Shown here: in pieces, positions 63,485 through 64,000 of the stretch | How positions within the stretch are numbered: the first letter of the stretch is position 1 | Layout: each line of letters begins with the position of its first letter | Assembly: GCF_001194135.2 (NCBI RefSeq) | Contig: NC_068983.1 | Location: forward strand, 115,669,942 to 115,733,941 | Length of the DNA: 64,000 nt | From: Octopus bimaculoides | Taxonomy: Eukaryota | Direction: 5' to 3' | Notes under the pieces: generated by a model | Databases searched by the model: none | What the model saw: only the letters and a program-made list of their open reading frames with translations | What the model was told of the DNA's origin: nothing | Position numbers and translations under genes: made by a program

Positions 63485-64000
63485 TGTACATAACTGACCC
63501 TGGAGTGACATAGCACAGCCAAGTTGCAATAGCATTTGGGTTGAGACATTCTAATCTTGACATTCTAAAGTACCAAGTTCTATTCTCTTCAATATCAAAG
63601 GAATTTTGTTATAAATAAAGTATTTTTTTAATTCGATACCAATTATTGAAATGGTTGATGCAGAGTATAGTGAATTACATTAATTTTTGTATAGACCACC
63701 TTGTATCTATTCAATTACTCCACCTTTCCTACCCAATGGAAAGAAAAATCAAGAACTATCATCATCATTATTATTTTTTTGCCTGTTTTACCATATTTGA
63801 ATGGAGACAGGTCCTCTCCATGTATTGTGCTTCAACTTTTGTTATGGCCTCTTGTCATCTCCTTTATTTCATGTGGTCTATCATCTTGAGATCAGCTCTC
63901 ATCACTTTTCGTTATACCTTCCTTAGTCTTCCTTCACCACTTGGATTGCTTAGCACTCTTTCACCCAACTGTTATCCTCTGTATGCATCATAAAGACGGT

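Noticed and set aside
1-64000. Prokaryotic or viral insertion, horizontal transfer, or a novel operon-like system
   Set aside because: No long uninterrupted non-transposon ORFs and no gene-dense segment. All recognisable coding sequence is spliced ATG2 or eukaryotic transposon remnants.

Overview
Eukaryotic, AT-rich, microsatellite-dense genomic DNA with several N gaps. The repeat families (tRNA-headed SINEs, RTE LINEs with (GAT)n tails, Penelope-like elements) look like an Octopus/coleoid cephalopod genome; this is an inference, not a database result. One host gene is supported: the 3' part of ATG2 (autophagy-related 2 lipid-transfer protein) on the + strand. I mapped 16 coding exons by hand (3457-34689, about 800 codons). 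All introns are GT-AG and all splice phases are consistent. The 5' part of the gene lies upstream of the window. The ATG2 introns and the 29 kb downstream are a mosaic of decayed mobile DNA: RTE, CR1 and Penelope-like retroelements, several SINE families, TTAA piggyBac-type MITEs, a Merlin-like MITE, Tc1/mariner and hAT remnants, and Helitron-like ends. I found no second host gene, no true tRNA/rRNA, no CRISPR array, and no convincing new multi-gene system. The most notable items are a 286-bp spacerless palindrome seeded by a short palindrome in the RTE 3' end, a PHD finger inside the RTE reverse transcriptase, a changed WIPI-binding motif next to a conserved LIR in ATG2, several intronic hairpins that could be ADAR substrates, and a decayed hammerhead-like motif.
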